From Candidatus Sumerlaeota bacterium (lineage in GTDB: Bacteria; Sumerlaeota; Sumerlaeia; UBA8349), in assembly GCA_016931035.1 (NCBI GenBank), contig JAFGFN010000167.1, positions 2,124 through 66,123 on the forward strand: 64,000 nucleotides of DNA. The letters are read 5' to 3'. The notes beneath the pieces were generated by a model. That model saw nothing but the letters and a program-made list of their open reading frames with translations, made no database searches and was not told the origin of the DNA. Of this stretch, positions 52,708-62,456 are shown piece after piece. Both the position numbers and the translations under genes were made by a program. How positions within the stretch are numbered: the first letter of the stretch is position 1; the number at the start of each line of letters is the position of its first letter.

Positions 52708-54192
52708 ATGTTCGGATCGATGCTCAACATTTTCAAGGTGCCCGACTTGCGCCGCAAGCTGGGCATCACGATTCTCCTGATCCTGGTGTATCGTATCGGG
52801 GGACACGTCCCGTGCCCGCTGGTGGACGCCCAGGCGCTCCAGAAATTCTCGAGCGGGATGGGCGGCGGCGGGCGCTCGATGTTCGACATGGTGGACATGT
52901 TCGCGGGCGGCGCCTTCCGGCGAATGACGATCTTCGCCCTGGGCATCATGCCCTACATCACGGCGTCGATCGTTCTCCAACTTCTCACCGTGGTTTGGCC
53001 GCGTCTCGAGAAGATCGCCAAGGAGGGCGAGGCGGGACGCAAGAAAATCAATCAGTACACGCGCTACGGCACGGTGCTCCTCGCGGCGTTCCAGAGCATC
53101 GGTTTGGCGATCTTCATGCTCAAGTCGGGCCTGGCCCTGACGCCGGATACGGCGTTCGGCCGATCCCTTTTCGCCTTCACCATCATGGTGGCCATCACAA
53201 CGGGGACGTGCTTCATCATGTGGTTGGGCGAGAAGATCACCGAACATGGCATCGGCAACGGGATTTCGCTCATCATCGCCGTCGGCATCATCGCCGACTA
53301 TCGCAACAGCGTCGTCCTCGGCGTGTTCGACGCTATCAAGGGCGTCATGGCGCCGGCCTGGCTCGTCATCGTCTTCGCGCTCTACGTCGCCGTCACGATG
53401 ATTGTGATCCTAATGCAGCAGGCCACGCGCAAGATTCCGATCCAATACGCACGGCGGATCGTCGGGCGGCGCGAGACCCAGGGAGGATCGAACTATCTTC
53501 CGCTCAAGATCAACACGGCGGGCGTGATCCCGGTCATCTTCTCCTCGTCCATTCTCATGTTCCCCGGCATTATCGCCAACTTCTTCCCGACCGATTGGGC
53601 CCTGAGCGTGTTCCTGGGCGACATGTTCCAGCAAGGCTCGACGCTCCACAACCTCTACAACATGCTGAACCTGGAGAAGGGCGGCCTGCTCAACCTCCTC
53701 AAGATGGGCAACATGTACAATCTGCTCTACGCCGCCCTGACCATCTTCTTCTGCTACTTCTACACCGCCATCACCTTCAACCCCGTCGATACGGCGGACA
53801 ACCTCAAGCGGGTCGGCGCCTTCATTCCCGGGCGGCGTCCGGGCAAGAACACCTCGGACTACATCGATTACGTTCTGACCCGGATCACCTTGGTCGGCGC
53901 GACGTTCCTGGTCGCCGTCGCCTTGCTGCCCGACGTGTTGAGTTTCTCGTTCGGCATCAACTACTCGTTCGCCGACCTGGTCGGCGGCACGGGTCTGATC
54001 ATCGTGGCGGGCGTGTTGCTCGACCTGATGAAACAAATCGAATCCCAGCTTCTCATGCGTCACTACGAAGGCTTCAAGTACCGCTCGCGCGGCGGCGGGG
54101 CCGGGCTGAGCGGCGGCTTGCGGGGATTTCGGGGCGGCGGAATCGGGGGCAGCCGCACTTTGGCTTCGCCCGACCGGCGAGGGCGCCGGTGA
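52708..54192 (+). CDS. secY: preprotein translocase subunit SecY (with a Gly/Arg-rich C-terminal tail)
   Basis: LRRKLGITILLILVYRIGGHVPCP...GIMPYITASIVLQLL...GISLIIAVGI. The tail is RGGGAGLSGGLRGFRGGGIGGSR. Confidence 0.96.
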   Translation: MFGSMLNIFKVPDLRRKLGITILLILVYRIGGHVPCPLVDAQALQKFSSGMGGGGRSMFDMVDMFAGGAFRRMTIFALGIMPYITASIVLQLLTVVWPRLEKIAKEGEAGRKKINQYTRYGTVLLAAFQSIGLAIFMLKSGLALTPDTAFGRSLFAFTIMVAITTGTCFIMWLGEKITEHGIGNGISLIIAVGIIADYRNSVVLGVFDAIKGVMAPAWLVIVFALYVAVTMIVILMQQATRKIPIQYARRIVGRRETQGGSNYLPLKINTAGVIPVIFSSSILMFPGIIANFFPTDWALSVFLGDMFQQGSTLHNLYNMLNLEKGGLLNLLKMGNMYNLLYAALTIFFCYFYTAITFNPVDTADNLKRVGAFIPGRRPGKNTSDYIDYVLTRITLVGATFLVAVALLPDVLSFSFGINYSFADLVGGTGLIIVAGVLLDLMKQIESQLLMRHYEGFKYRSRGGGAGLSGGLRGFRGGGIGGSRTLASPDRRGRR

Positions 54193-54229
54193 GAGCGAGT
54201 CCAGGAACCGGAGAACGGAGTCAGGCTGA

Positions 54230-54901
54230 ATGAATGGTGTGTTGTTCGGGCCCCCCGGATCGGGAAAAGGCACCCAGGCCGGGGCTCTTTGCGAACATTT
54301 CGCGATGACGCACGTTTCGACGGGCGACATGCTTCGCGAGGCCGTGCGCAACGGCACCGAGCTCGGCAAGAAGGCGCAGTCGATCATGGCGGAGGGCAAG
54401 TTGGTGCCCGACGACCTGGTCGGCGGCGTCGTTCGCGAGAAGATCCTCGACCTGACGGCGAGGGATCGGGGCATTCTGTTCGACGGCTATCCGCGGAATC
54501 TCGAACAGGCCCTGTTTCTCGACTCATGCCTCGAAGAAGCGGGAACGCGGATCCACGTGGCCGCCGTTCTCGAGATCGCGGAAGAAGAGCTGGTCAAGCG
54601 TATTTGCGGGCGACGGCTTTGCACTCGATCCGGATGCACGGGAGCGTACAACGTCTACTTCATGGCCCCGAAGACCGAAGGCAAGTGCGACCTGTGCGGC
54701 TCGGACCTGATGCAGCGCAAGGACGACAACGAGGCGACGTTGCGCGAGCGCCTGGAGGTCTATAACGGCCAGACGCGGCCCCTCCTGGAGTACTACGAGG
54801 AAAAAGACCTCTTGATTCGGGTTGCGGCAAATGGTAGCGTGTCCGACATTCGTCAGTCCCTGTTGGCGAAGATAGAGGAGAAACAGGGGGGGAGCCGCTA
54901 G
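54230..54901 (+). CDS. adk: adenylate kinase
   Basis: VLFGPPGSGKGTQA...STGDMLREAV...GILFDGYPRN, with a Cys-containing lid. Confidence 0.95.
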   Translation: MNGVLFGPPGSGKGTQAGALCEHFAMTHVSTGDMLREAVRNGTELGKKAQSIMAEGKLVPDDLVGGVVREKILDLTARDRGILFDGYPRNLEQALFLDSCLEEAGTRIHVAAVLEIAEEELVKRICGRRLCTRSGCTGAYNVYFMAPKTEGKCDLCGSDLMQRKDDNEATLRERLEVYNGQTRPLLEYYEEKDLLIRVAANGSVSDIRQSLLAKIEEKQGGSR

Positions 54902-54905
54902 GAGG

Positions 54906-55679
54906 ATGATTCAGGTTCAGCCCGGTCGCCACGCAGGCTTGATCAAGAGCGACGAAGAGATCGAGCAAATGCGCGTGGCGGGCCACGAGTTGGCCCGGGT
55001 CCGCGAGCGGCTGAGCGAAATGGTCCACCCCGGGGTCTCGACGTGGGATCTCGACCGGGTGGCGCGAGAAAGCATCGAGCGAATCGGGGCCGTGCCGGCC
55101 TTCTTGGGTTATCACGGCTACCCGGCGACAATCTGCAGTTCGATCAACGAGGAGGTAGTTCACGGCATCCCGTCCAAGAACCGCATTCTGGCCGACGGCG
55201 ACTTGATCAGCATCGACGTGGGCCTCGTGCTGGGCGGCTTTTTCAGCGATACGGCCCTGACGTTGCCGGTCGGCCGGGTCGCGCCCGAGGTCGAGCACCT
55301 GATTGCCGTCACGCGGCGGGCGCTCGACGTGGGAATCGAGGCGGCGCGCGCGGGTCGGCGGCTCGGCGACGTCTCCTCGGCCATCCAGGAATACGTCGAG
55401 GGCGAGAATCTGTCGGTCGTGCGCGAATACACGGGTCACGGGATCGGGCGCCAGATGCACGAGGAGCCCAAGATTCCGAACTTCGGCGAGGCGGGCAAAG
55501 GGCTGCGGCTGCGGCCCGGGATGGTGCTGGCCCTCGAACCGATGGTCAACCTGGGGGTCTGGAACACCGAAGTCATGCCCGACGGCTGGACGGTAGTCAC
55601 CGCCGATCGCAAACCGTCGGCGCACTTCGAGCACACGATTTCTCTGACGCGCGACGGAGTGGAAATCCTGACGGAATAG
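54906..55679 (+). CDS. map: type I methionine aminopeptidase
   Basis: FLGYHGYPATICSSINEEVVHGIP...ISIDVG...GHGIGRQMHEEP...LEPM...EHT (metal ligands). Confidence 0.95.
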   Translation: MIQVQPGRHAGLIKSDEEIEQMRVAGHELARVRERLSEMVHPGVSTWDLDRVARESIERIGAVPAFLGYHGYPATICSSINEEVVHGIPSKNRILADGDLISIDVGLVLGGFFSDTALTLPVGRVAPEVEHLIAVTRRALDVGIEAARAGRRLGDVSSAIQEYVEGENLSVVREYTGHGIGRQMHEEPKIPNFGEAGKGLRLRPGMVLALEPMVNLGVWNTEVMPDGWTVVTADRKPSAHFEHTISLTRDGVEILTE

Positions 55680-55691
55680 GGCCGGCAAACT

Positions 55692-55910
55692 ATGGCGAAA
55701 GAAGGCGTGATCGAAGCCGAGGGCAAAGTCGTGGAACTGCTGCCGAACGCGATGTTCCGGGTGGAACTCGACAACGGCCATTCCGTGCTCGCCCACATTT
55801 CGGGAAAGATGCGGATGCATTTCATCCGAATTCTGGCGGGCGATCGGGTCAAGGTGGAGCTTTCGCCTTACGACTTGGACCGGGGTCGAATCACCTACCG
55901 GTTCAAATGA
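55692..55910 (+). CDS. infA: translation initiation factor IF-1
   Basis: [72 protein letters not shown]. Confidence 0.97.
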   Translation: MAKEGVIEAEGKVVELLPNAMFRVELDNGHSVLAHISGKMRMHFIRILAGDRVKVELSPYDLDRGRITYRFK

Positions 55911-55915
55911 TTAGA

Positions 55916-55994
55916 GGTTCGGAGTGCAGCCTTCAGGCTGCCGGAGAGGCGCGCGCAGGCGCGCAAGCAGCAGGCTGAAGCCTGGACTCCGAAC
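55916..55994. repeat. REP-A element (inverted pair around a GC palindrome) filling the infA-rpmJ spacer
   Basis: ggttcggagtgcagccttcaggctgc ... gcgcgcaggcgcgc ... gcaggctgaagcctggactccgaac. The arms are imperfectly complementary, and each arm contains its own tetraloop hairpin. Confidence 0.8.
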
Positions 55995-56008
55995 GAAGGA
56001 GCGGGACA

Positions 56009-56122
56009 ATGAAAGTGAAGTCGTCTATCAAGAAGCGGTGCAACAAGTGCAAGATCGTCCGACGTCGGGGCGTGAACCGCATCATTTGCGAGAACCCGCG
56101 CCACAAACAGCGCCAAGGATGA
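56009..56122 (+). CDS. rpmJ: 50S ribosomal protein L36
   Basis: My own translation is [37 protein letters not shown] (37 aa). It is below the ORF track length cutoff. Confidence 0.93.
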   Translation: MKVKSSIKKRCNKCKIVRRRGVNRIICENPRHKQRQG

Positions 56123-56174
56123 GGCGCCCGGGCCGGCGACGCGGCCCCACTTCAATCGAGGAAGGAACACGACC

Positions 56175-56552
56175 TTGGCACGCATAGCTGGAGTAGACTT
56201 GCCGAGAGACAAACGGGTGGAGGTCGGACTGACCTACATCTTCGGGATCGGCCCGACCACGTCGAAAAAGATCCTGGCCATGACGGGCACCGACCCCGAC
56301 ACGCGCGTGCGCGACCTGAGCGAGGAAGAAGTCAGCCGCATCGCCGCGGCGATCCAGGGCGCCCTGGTTGTCGAGGGCGACCTGCGCCGCGAAGTGTCCC
56401 AGAACGTCAAGCGCCTCATGGACATCGGTTGCTACCGCGGGCTGCGCCATCGCCGCGGGCTTCCCGTTCGAGGTCAGCGTACCAAGACCAATGCCCGTAC
56501 GCGCAAGGGCCCGGGCTCGAGGGTCGCCGGCCGCCGCTCGTCGGCGAAATAG
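56175..56552 (+). CDS. rpsM: 30S ribosomal protein S13
   Basis: (M)[25 protein letters not shown]...[26 protein letters not shown]. It has a TTG start. Confidence 0.95.
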   Translation: MARIAGVDLPRDKRVEVGLTYIFGIGPTTSKKILAMTGTDPDTRVRDLSEEEVSRIAAAIQGALVVEGDLRREVSQNVKRLMDIGCYRGLRHRRGLPVRGQRTKTNARTRKGPGSRVAGRRSSAK

Positions 56553-56646
56553 GAGATACCCCCGGGGCCGTCGAGGCGCGCGAGCCGTCGAGGTTGCGCG
56601 CGTGTCGCGGTCTTCGGCATCGTCAACATACACGAGGGACTAGAGC

Positions 56647-57039
56647 ATGGGAAAAAGACGCGAAAGCACCGGACCCCGCAAAGCGAAGAAGAGCGTCAGC
56701 GAGGGAGTCGTTCATCTCAGCGCGACGTTCAACAATACGGTGATCACGATCGCCGACAAGGCCGGCAACACGATTTCCTGGGCGAGCGCCGGCGGCGTGG
56801 GCTTCAAGGGTTCGCGCAAGAGCACGCCGTTCGCCGCGCAAATGGCCGCCGAGAGCTGCGGCAAGAAGGCGATGGACCACGGCATGCAAACCGTCGAGGT
56901 GCACGTCAAGGGACCCGGCAGCGGGCGCGAGTCGGCTATTCGCGCACTGCAGAACATCGGTCTGCGGATCACGATCATTCGCGACGTAACGCCGCTGCCG
57001 CACAACGGTTGCCGTCCGCCCAAACGCCGACGCGTCTGA
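56647..57039 (+). CDS. rpsK: 30S ribosomal protein S11
   Basis: [44 protein letters not shown]...[13 protein letters not shown]. Confidence 0.96.
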   Translation: MGKRRESTGPRKAKKSVSEGVVHLSATFNNTVITIADKAGNTISWASAGGVGFKGSRKSTPFAAQMAAESCGKKAMDHGMQTVEVHVKGPGSGRESAIRALQNIGLRITIIRDVTPLPHNGCRPPKRRRV

Positions 57040-57081
57040 GGCCCACGCGACAAAGAAGGAACCTACAGGAGGATTACAGGA

Positions 57082-57717
57082 GTGGCTCGTTATACCGGAC
57101 CAGTCTGTCGGCTTTGCCGCCGCGAAGGACGCAAGCTCCACCTCAAGGGCGATCGCTGCAACTCGCCCAAGTGCGCTTTCACCAAGAAGGGGTATCCCCC
57201 GGGTGAGCGCGGCGCGGGCGGCCAGCGCCAGGGCAAAGTCTCGACCTACGGTCTTCAGCTGCGCGCCAAGGAACAGGCCAAGCGCACCTACGGCGTTCTC
57301 GAACGCCAGTTCCGGCGTTATTTCCAGATCGCCGACCGTACGCCCGGCATTACGGGCACGGTGCTCCTCCAACTGCTCGAGCGGCGGCTGGACAACATCG
57401 TGTATCGACTGGGGCTCGCCTCGTCGCGGGCCGGAGCGCGCCAGCTTGTGACGCACGGCCACGTTTTGGTCAACGGCCGACGGGTGGACATCGCGTCGAG
57501 CCTGGTCAAGGCGGGAGAGACGATTTCCCTCTCGCCCAAGCTCAAGGAGAACCCCTACGTCGCCTCCGCCCAGGCCTACGCCGACACGGTGGGCCGGCTC
57601 GAGTGGCTCGAGTGGGATTCCGAAACCAAGCAAGGCCGGCTGCTCCGCATTCCCGACCGCGATCAGATTCCTTCGGATCTCAAGGAGCAGCTCATCGTCG
57701 AGTTGTATAGTAAATAG
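57082..57717 (+). CDS. rpsD: 30S ribosomal protein S4
   Basis: (M)ARYTGPVCRLCRREGRKLHLKGDRC...LERRLDNIVYRLGLASSRAGARQLVTHGHVLVNGRRV. It has a GTG start. Confidence 0.96.
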   Translation: MARYTGPVCRLCRREGRKLHLKGDRCNSPKCAFTKKGYPPGERGAGGQRQGKVSTYGLQLRAKEQAKRTYGVLERQFRRYFQIADRTPGITGTVLLQLLERRLDNIVYRLGLASSRAGARQLVTHGHVLVNGRRVDIASSLVKAGETISLSPKLKENPYVASAQAYADTVGRLEWLEWDSETKQGRLLRIPDRDQIPSDLKEQLIVELYSK

Positions 57718-57835
57718 CGCCGTACCCTAAGCGACGGCGGACCGAACCGCCGCTCGCCAGGTCTAACCTCGCCGCGTTCGCGGGAATCTCAGGCTGACCC
57801 GCGCGCTTGTCCGGAAAAATGGGAGGTTTTGCCCG

Positions 57836-58849
57836 ATGGACTTCAAGCCCCTGATTATGCCGCGTGGACTGCAGTGCGAATCGGCAACCCGCACCGACAC
57901 GTACGGACGCTTCCACGCCGAACCGTTCGAGCGTGGATTCGGCGCCACAGTGGGGAATTCCCTGCGTCGCGTTCTTCTCAGTTCGATCCAGGGCGCCGCG
58001 GTAACCGCCCTGCGGATCGACGGAGTGACGCACGAGTACGAGAGCATTCCCGGCTGCAAAGAGGACGTCTGCGACATCATCCTGAATCTCAAGCAGGTGC
58101 GGATCTCTCTGACCGGCAAGGAGAACGAAACGAACTTCGTCCTCGAAGCGACCGGGCCCAAGGTCGTCACGGCGGGCGATTTCGAGACCGGGGAAGACGC
58201 CCAGATCCTGAACCCGGACCTCGTGTTGGCCACCCTCGCCGAGGACGGCGTGCTGCGGATGGAAGTCCACGTCGCCATGGGACGCGGCTACGTTCCCGCC
58301 CACAAGGAAGCGGACGAGGAAGACGTCATCGGCATCATTCCCGTCGATTCGAACTTCTCGCCCATCGTCAACGTCACGTACTCGGTCGAGAACGCGCGCG
58401 TGGGGCAACGCACCGACTACGACCGGTTGATTCTCGACGTGACGACCGACGGCACCGTGTCTGCGGAGGAGGCGGTTTCGTGCGCCGCCCGGATTCTGCG
58501 CGACCATCTGTCGATGTTCATCCGCGCCGAGGAGGAGCAGGCCGCCGTGGCCGAGGCCGAAGAGGCCGCCGCCGAAGTGTCGCCGCACGTCGAGATGGAA
58601 GAGAAACTGGGCCGCAGCATCGAAGAACTCGAACTCTCGGTGCGCTCCTTCAACTGCCTCGAAGCGGCCGGCATCAAGACCATCCGCGACCTGGTCCAGA
58701 AGAGCGAGTCCGAGATGCTCAAGTATCGCAACTTCGGCCGCAAGTCGCTGTCCGAGATCAAGAACATCCTCAAGGATATGGATCTGACCTTCAATATGCG
58801 GATCGGCCCCGACGGACTGCCGGTCGAACAGAAGGAAAAGAAGGAATAG
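57836..58849 (+). CDS. rpoA: DNA-directed RNA polymerase subunit alpha
   Basis: EPFERGFGATVGNSLRRVLLSSIQGAAVTALRIDGV.HEY is the NTD. IEELELSVRSFNCLEAAGIKTIRDLV is the CTD HhH. Confidence 0.96.
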   Translation: MDFKPLIMPRGLQCESATRTDTYGRFHAEPFERGFGATVGNSLRRVLLSSIQGAAVTALRIDGVTHEYESIPGCKEDVCDIILNLKQVRISLTGKENETNFVLEATGPKVVTAGDFETGEDAQILNPDLVLATLAEDGVLRMEVHVAMGRGYVPAHKEADEEDVIGIIPVDSNFSPIVNVTYSVENARVGQRTDYDRLILDVTTDGTVSAEEAVSCAARILRDHLSMFIRAEEEQAAVAEAEEAAAEVSPHVEMEEKLGRSIEELELSVRSFNCLEAAGIKTIRDLVQKSESEMLKYRNFGRKSLSEIKNILKDMDLTFNMRIGPDGLPVEQKEKKE

Positions 58850-58945
58850 TAGAGACGCGCGGCATGGGCGTCGCGCCCATGCGCGGATGCGCCGCGGCCC
58901 TTTCGACGCCCGCGCCGCGACTCTGAAATCGAACGGGAAGAGACG

Positions 58946-59395
58946 ATGAGACACAAGAAACACGCCACTCGGCTCGAACGCATGTCGGGGCATCGAAACG
59001 CCCTGGTTCGCAACCTGGTCGAGGCGCTCCTGACGCACGAAAAAGTGCGCACCACCGAGAGCCGCGCCTCCGTGGTTCTGCGCCGCGCGGAGAAGATGCT
59101 CACCCTTGCGCGCGAAGGCTCTCAAGCCTCGCGCCGCCAGGCGTTCGCCTTTCTCCAGCACAAGGAAATCGTTCACAAACTCTTCGAGGAGCTCGCCCCG
59201 CGTTTCGCCGACCGCCCGAGCGGCCGTTTCCGCATCGTGAAGGCCGGGCCGCGCCAGGGCGACGGAGCGATGATGGCCGTGGTCGAGATGGTGGACCGCA
59301 AGATCGAGGTGATTACCGCCGAAGAGGCCGACAAAAAGAAGTCGCGCCGGCAACGCATGCGCGACATGCGCCGCGCGATGGCCCGCAAGCAATAG
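58946..59395 (+). CDS. rplQ: 50S ribosomal protein L17
   Basis: MRHKKHATRLERMSGHRNALVRNLVEALLTHEKVRTTESRA...GGRFRIVK-like block, with a basic C-terminal tail. Confidence 0.94.
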   Translation: MRHKKHATRLERMSGHRNALVRNLVEALLTHEKVRTTESRASVVLRRAEKMLTLAREGSQASRRQAFAFLQHKEIVHKLFEELAPRFADRPSGRFRIVKAGPRQGDGAMMAVVEMVDRKIEVITAEEADKKKSRRQRMRDMRRAMARKQ

Positions 59396-59431
59396 TCTCC
59401 GCGCCGCGCGAGCGACCTCGAAGACAAATCC

Positions 59432-59479
59432 AGCCGAGAGGACGGACCCCAACGGAACCTTCTCTCGGCTTTCTCTTTT
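59432..59479 (+). terminator. Rho-independent terminator closing the ribosomal superoperon
   Basis: agccgagag (59432-59440) pairs with ctctcggct (59462-59470) and is followed by ttctctttt. It lies 37 nt after the rplQ stop, at a convergent gene junction. Confidence 0.7.
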
Positions 59480-59510
59480 GAGGAAATCTCTACGGGGCGG
59501 CTCGCCGAAT

Positions 59511-59897
59511 CTAGTGTGCGCCGCCGTGGTGAATCCCCGCGTGGGCCGCGGTTTGAGAGGCTGCGGCCGCCTGCTGTTGGGTGAGATGCGCGATTGCCGC
59601 CGCCGCGCCTGTTGCATCGCCCGCCAGGACCGCCGGAACGTGCTTCAGTTTCTCGATCGGTTTGCCTTCGACGAGGATCTTCCCCGTGGTCTTCTCCAGG
59701 ACGAAGAGTTGTCCGGAACAGAAGGCATAGAGAACGTTCTCATCTTCGACCAGACTGAGAAAGGGGTTCACGATTTTAAACCAACCGCCCTTTTTCAGCT
59801 CTCGTTCCCACAGGACCGACCCGTCATGGGAGCTTACGGCGCAGACGCGCCCCTGACCGCCGACATACACCACTCTCGCATCATCGCGCCTGATCAT
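59511..59897 (-). CDS. small hypothetical protein with a PQQ/BamB-like blade motif and a Gln/Ala/His-rich tail
   Basis: VYVGGQGRVCAVSSHDGSVLWERE is a PQQ-repeat-like motif. The tail is TGAAAAIAHLTQQQAAAASQTAAHAGIHHGGAH. It starts 17 nt downstream of the preceding gene's stop. Confidence 0.55.
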   Translation of the reverse strand: MIRRDDARVVYVGGQGRVCAVSSHDGSVLWERELKKGGWFKIVNPFLSLVEDENVLYAFCSGQLFVLEKTTGKILVEGKPIEKLKHVPAVLAGDATGAAAAIAHLTQQQAAAASQTAAHAGIHHGGAH

Positions 59898-59913
59898 GGC
59901 CGCAACCTCCTTG

Positions 59914-60837
59914 TTATCCGGCGGATTGCATCCGTTCGACCTGAGCGGGATCGAGTTCGGAGCGGCGGTCCTCGGGGATCTCGTCGTAGAGACGCCGCAG
60001 GTGCTCGACCGGCATCGGGATGTCGGTCTGAGTGTTGTTGAAGAGGGTGACTTTGCCCCCGACCATGAAATGCTCGACTTGCGACGAGTCGAAGACGCGG
60101 TCTTCGAGCCGGCCCCGGTAGCACGTCCGGATAAACGCCTCGAACTCCTCGAAATACGAACCGTAGATATGGAACGAGTCGGCCATGTGGATATAGCGTC
60201 CGACGGCGATTTCGCGACCCATTTTCTCGCTCAGGCGCCGCGCGACCCACGCCTGGAGCTCGGTGAAGGCGTACATGTTCATGAACGCGGCTTTGAAGGC
60301 GTCGTTGCTTCGCATCGTCACGTTCATGCCGAGGCGGTCGTCCCGGACTCGGAACCACAGGCGCTGAAGGCAGGCCGGATCGACGCAGTCCATGTCCATC
60401 CAGCACTGCCAGGTCACGGCCTGGGCCCGGCGTGTGTGAGGGGCCGAGGCGAGCTTCTCGATCAAGCGCTCGATCTGGTTCACCCTCTGTCCGTCGGGCA
60501 AGCGATAGTCGAACAGCCGTTCGTGATAGGTGTATTCCCACTTGCCCGAGGCGGGATCGACCCAGTTGTCGTGGACGCCGTAGAGAACTTCTTGCCGGTA
60601 GATCTCGAGGTCTTCGAGCCCGGCGGGAATCGCTTTGTGGATACGCGGCTCGGCCATCGGGTCGGTCACGACCAGGCGCGCCACGCAATCGCGGCTCGGC
60701 GGATCTTCGGGTTTGTCGTATTCCGTGCAGAACTCGCGGCCGTTGTGCCAACACATGATGACGGCCTTTTCCCACACTTCGGGCAGGGTGCGTCCGTGAA
60801 CGTCGATCACCGAAAAATCGTGTTCCTCACCGTTCAT
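59914..60837 (-). CDS. thymidylate-synthase-family (ThyA-like, divergent/archaeal-like) enzyme
   Basis: The start is at MNGEEHDF (complement of 60835-60837). NQIERLIEKLASAPHTRRAQAVTWQ..DPACLQRLWFRV...MRSNDAFKAAFMNMYAFTELQ...HMADSFHIYGSY aligns by eye to E. coli ThyA DQI..[50 protein letters not shown], with the catalytic Cys retained. Confidence 0.7.
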   Translation of the reverse strand: MNGEEHDFSVIDVHGRTLPEVWEKAVIMCWHNGREFCTEYDKPEDPPSRDCVARLVVTDPMAEPRIHKAIPAGLEDLEIYRQEVLYGVHDNWVDPASGKWEYTYHERLFDYRLPDGQRVNQIERLIEKLASAPHTRRAQAVTWQCWMDMDCVDPACLQRLWFRVRDDRLGMNVTMRSNDAFKAAFMNMYAFTELQAWVARRLSEKMGREIAVGRYIHMADSFHIYGSYFEEFEAFIRTCYRGRLEDRVFDSSQVEHFMVGGKVTLFNNTQTDIPMPVEHLRRLYDEIPEDRRSELDPAQVERMQSAG

Positions 60838-61088
60838 TGTCCGGATTCCTTTCTCGTCTCCCGGGGTCCTTGCCCGTCCGCGCGACCTTGCCGGAGCAGG
60901 GCGAAGCAGGACCCTCCGCTTCCGCCTTGTGGGATGAGAGTGACACAAAGCGTGCGGGGTTTCAAACGATTTCCCTCTAGCGAAATTCCTGGCAAACCCG
61001 TCCCGCTCTTGGTAATTCTTCGGACCGGTAGGCCAATCGGGAGGACTCGGGCATCGCGGCCGAAAATCGGAGAGTCGAGCCGACATCT

Positions 61089-62456
61089 ATGGAACAAAAA
61101 CGCCGTTCGTGGTTGGAACCGCTCTTGAATCCGGCGGTTGTTCTTCTCCTTGTCCTTCTGGCCTGGGGGTTGAGCGACAATGTCGCGGCCTTTCGCAGAT
61201 ACTCAGGCCTGGACTACTACATCTTCTGGGTTTATGCCCAGGCCGCCCGCGAGTCTCCCCTGGAGGACATCTACGGCCGGGAATCGACCGTTCGGCTCGG
61301 ACAGAAGTTCTACGATCGAGCAGTTCAGGCCCAGGAATCGCTGCTGCAACTGGATGCCGCCCTTGACCGCAAGATTCTGATTCCCGTCTCGACACCCTTT
61401 CTTTTCGCCAGCTTCGGTCCGATCGTCACGGGTCGTTACGAGCTCGATATTCGCGTGTACCAAATCCTGAGCCTTGCCGTGGCCCTCGCCGCCGTTGCTT
61501 TCATGGCCCGCTCGCTCGGTTTCGGCGCGGTCGGCATCCTGGCCGCCATGGCCTACTTCGCCCGGGCCTACGAACCGCTCCAGATCGACATCGAGCACGC
61601 AAACGTGAATCGCCTCCAGCTCGGCATGATCGGTCTGCTGTGTTGGGTTCTTTCGAAACGGCCCGAGCGGGGCCGAGTGTTTCTTGCCGCAGGGATGGTG
61701 CTGGGCGGAATCCTCGCCTTCAAACCCAACCTCGCGCTCGTCTTCGTGCTTCTTGTCGGAGTCGCTCTGGTCGACGGCCGTTTCTCCAAGGCGGCGTGGA
61801 TCGTCGCCGGCGTCGCGATCGGGGCGGGGGTGGCCGTGGCCGCGTCGAGTCTTTACTTCGGATCGTTGCGCTGTTGGATCGAGTGGATCGTCTTCTTCCC
61901 GAGTTTCGTCAGCCGCGAAGTCTCGCTGCAGGCCACCAACCGGAGTCTCGCCCAGGCGTTGCGCACATGGACCGGTTTCAATCTGAGCGGCGTCTTGTTG
62001 GCGGCCCTGTTGATCTCGGCGTTCGCCGCAGCGGTCTCCGGGCGTCGCGGTCGAGTCTCGGCCGCATCGCCGGTCCCCATAGACAACGCCTACTCGCGCG
62101 ATTTCGCGGCCGTCGCCTTGGGGTGCGCGATCCCGCTGGTCTCGGGTCCGCTGGCGTGGCAGCACTACCTCACGTTGATGATCCCTCTTGTCTTGTACGA
62201 AATCCGGCCCGAGGCACCCCGGTCCGCCGAGCATGGCGACCTGGCGATTCTCCGCCGCATGGCGCCGCTGGCCGCGCTGGCCGCCGTCACGGTCTGGCCC
62301 GCCGCCACCGAGTGGTTCTACGACACGCAGGTACACGCGATCCGCTACGCGTTCGCTTCGACGGTCTGCGTTCTTCTGGGAATCTGGCACCTGGGGCGGA
62401 CCGAAGGCCCTCGGGCGTCGCGAGTCAGCGATGGACCCGCCACGAAGGGTGAGTGA
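61089..62456 (+). CDS. polytopic membrane protein, DUF2029/GT87-like glycosyltransferase candidate
   Basis: It has about 10-12 predicted TM helices with loop composition typical of GT-C-type (DUF2029) proteins. I could read no diagnostic catalytic motif with certainty. Confidence 0.55.
   Translation: MEQKRRSWLEPLLNPAVVLLLVLLAWGLSDNVAAFRRYSGLDYYIFWVYAQAARESPLEDIYGRESTVRLGQKFYDRAVQAQESLLQLDAALDRKILIPVSTPFLFASFGPIVTGRYELDIRVYQILSLAVALAAVAFMARSLGFGAVGILAAMAYFARAYEPLQIDIEHANVNRLQLGMIGLLCWVLSKRPERGRVFLAAGMVLGGILAFKPNLALVFVLLVGVALVDGRFSKAAWIVAGVAIGAGVAVAASSLYFGSLRCWIEWIVFFPSFVSREVSLQATNRSLAQALRTWTGFNLSGVLLAALLISAFAAAVSGRRGRVSAASPVPIDNAYSRDFAAVALGCAIPLVSGPLAWQHYLTLMIPLVLYEIRPEAPRSAEHGDLAILRRMAPLAALAAVTVWPAATEWFYDTQVHAIRYAFASTVCVLLGIWHLGRTEGPRASRVSDGPATKGE

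Noticed and set aside
54590-54720. Unusual Cys spacing in the adenylate kinase lid (C-x4-C ... C-x2-C) as a possible frameshift or pseudogene
   Set aside because: The reading frame is intact, all other Adk motifs are present, and lid zinc-site variants are common.
60838-61086. 83-aa N-terminal extension of the ThyA-like ORF
   Set aside because: The extension is Arg/Pro-rich with no similarity to the family. An internal Met with an upstream aaaggaa RBS gives a protein that starts where ThyA-like homology plausibly begins.
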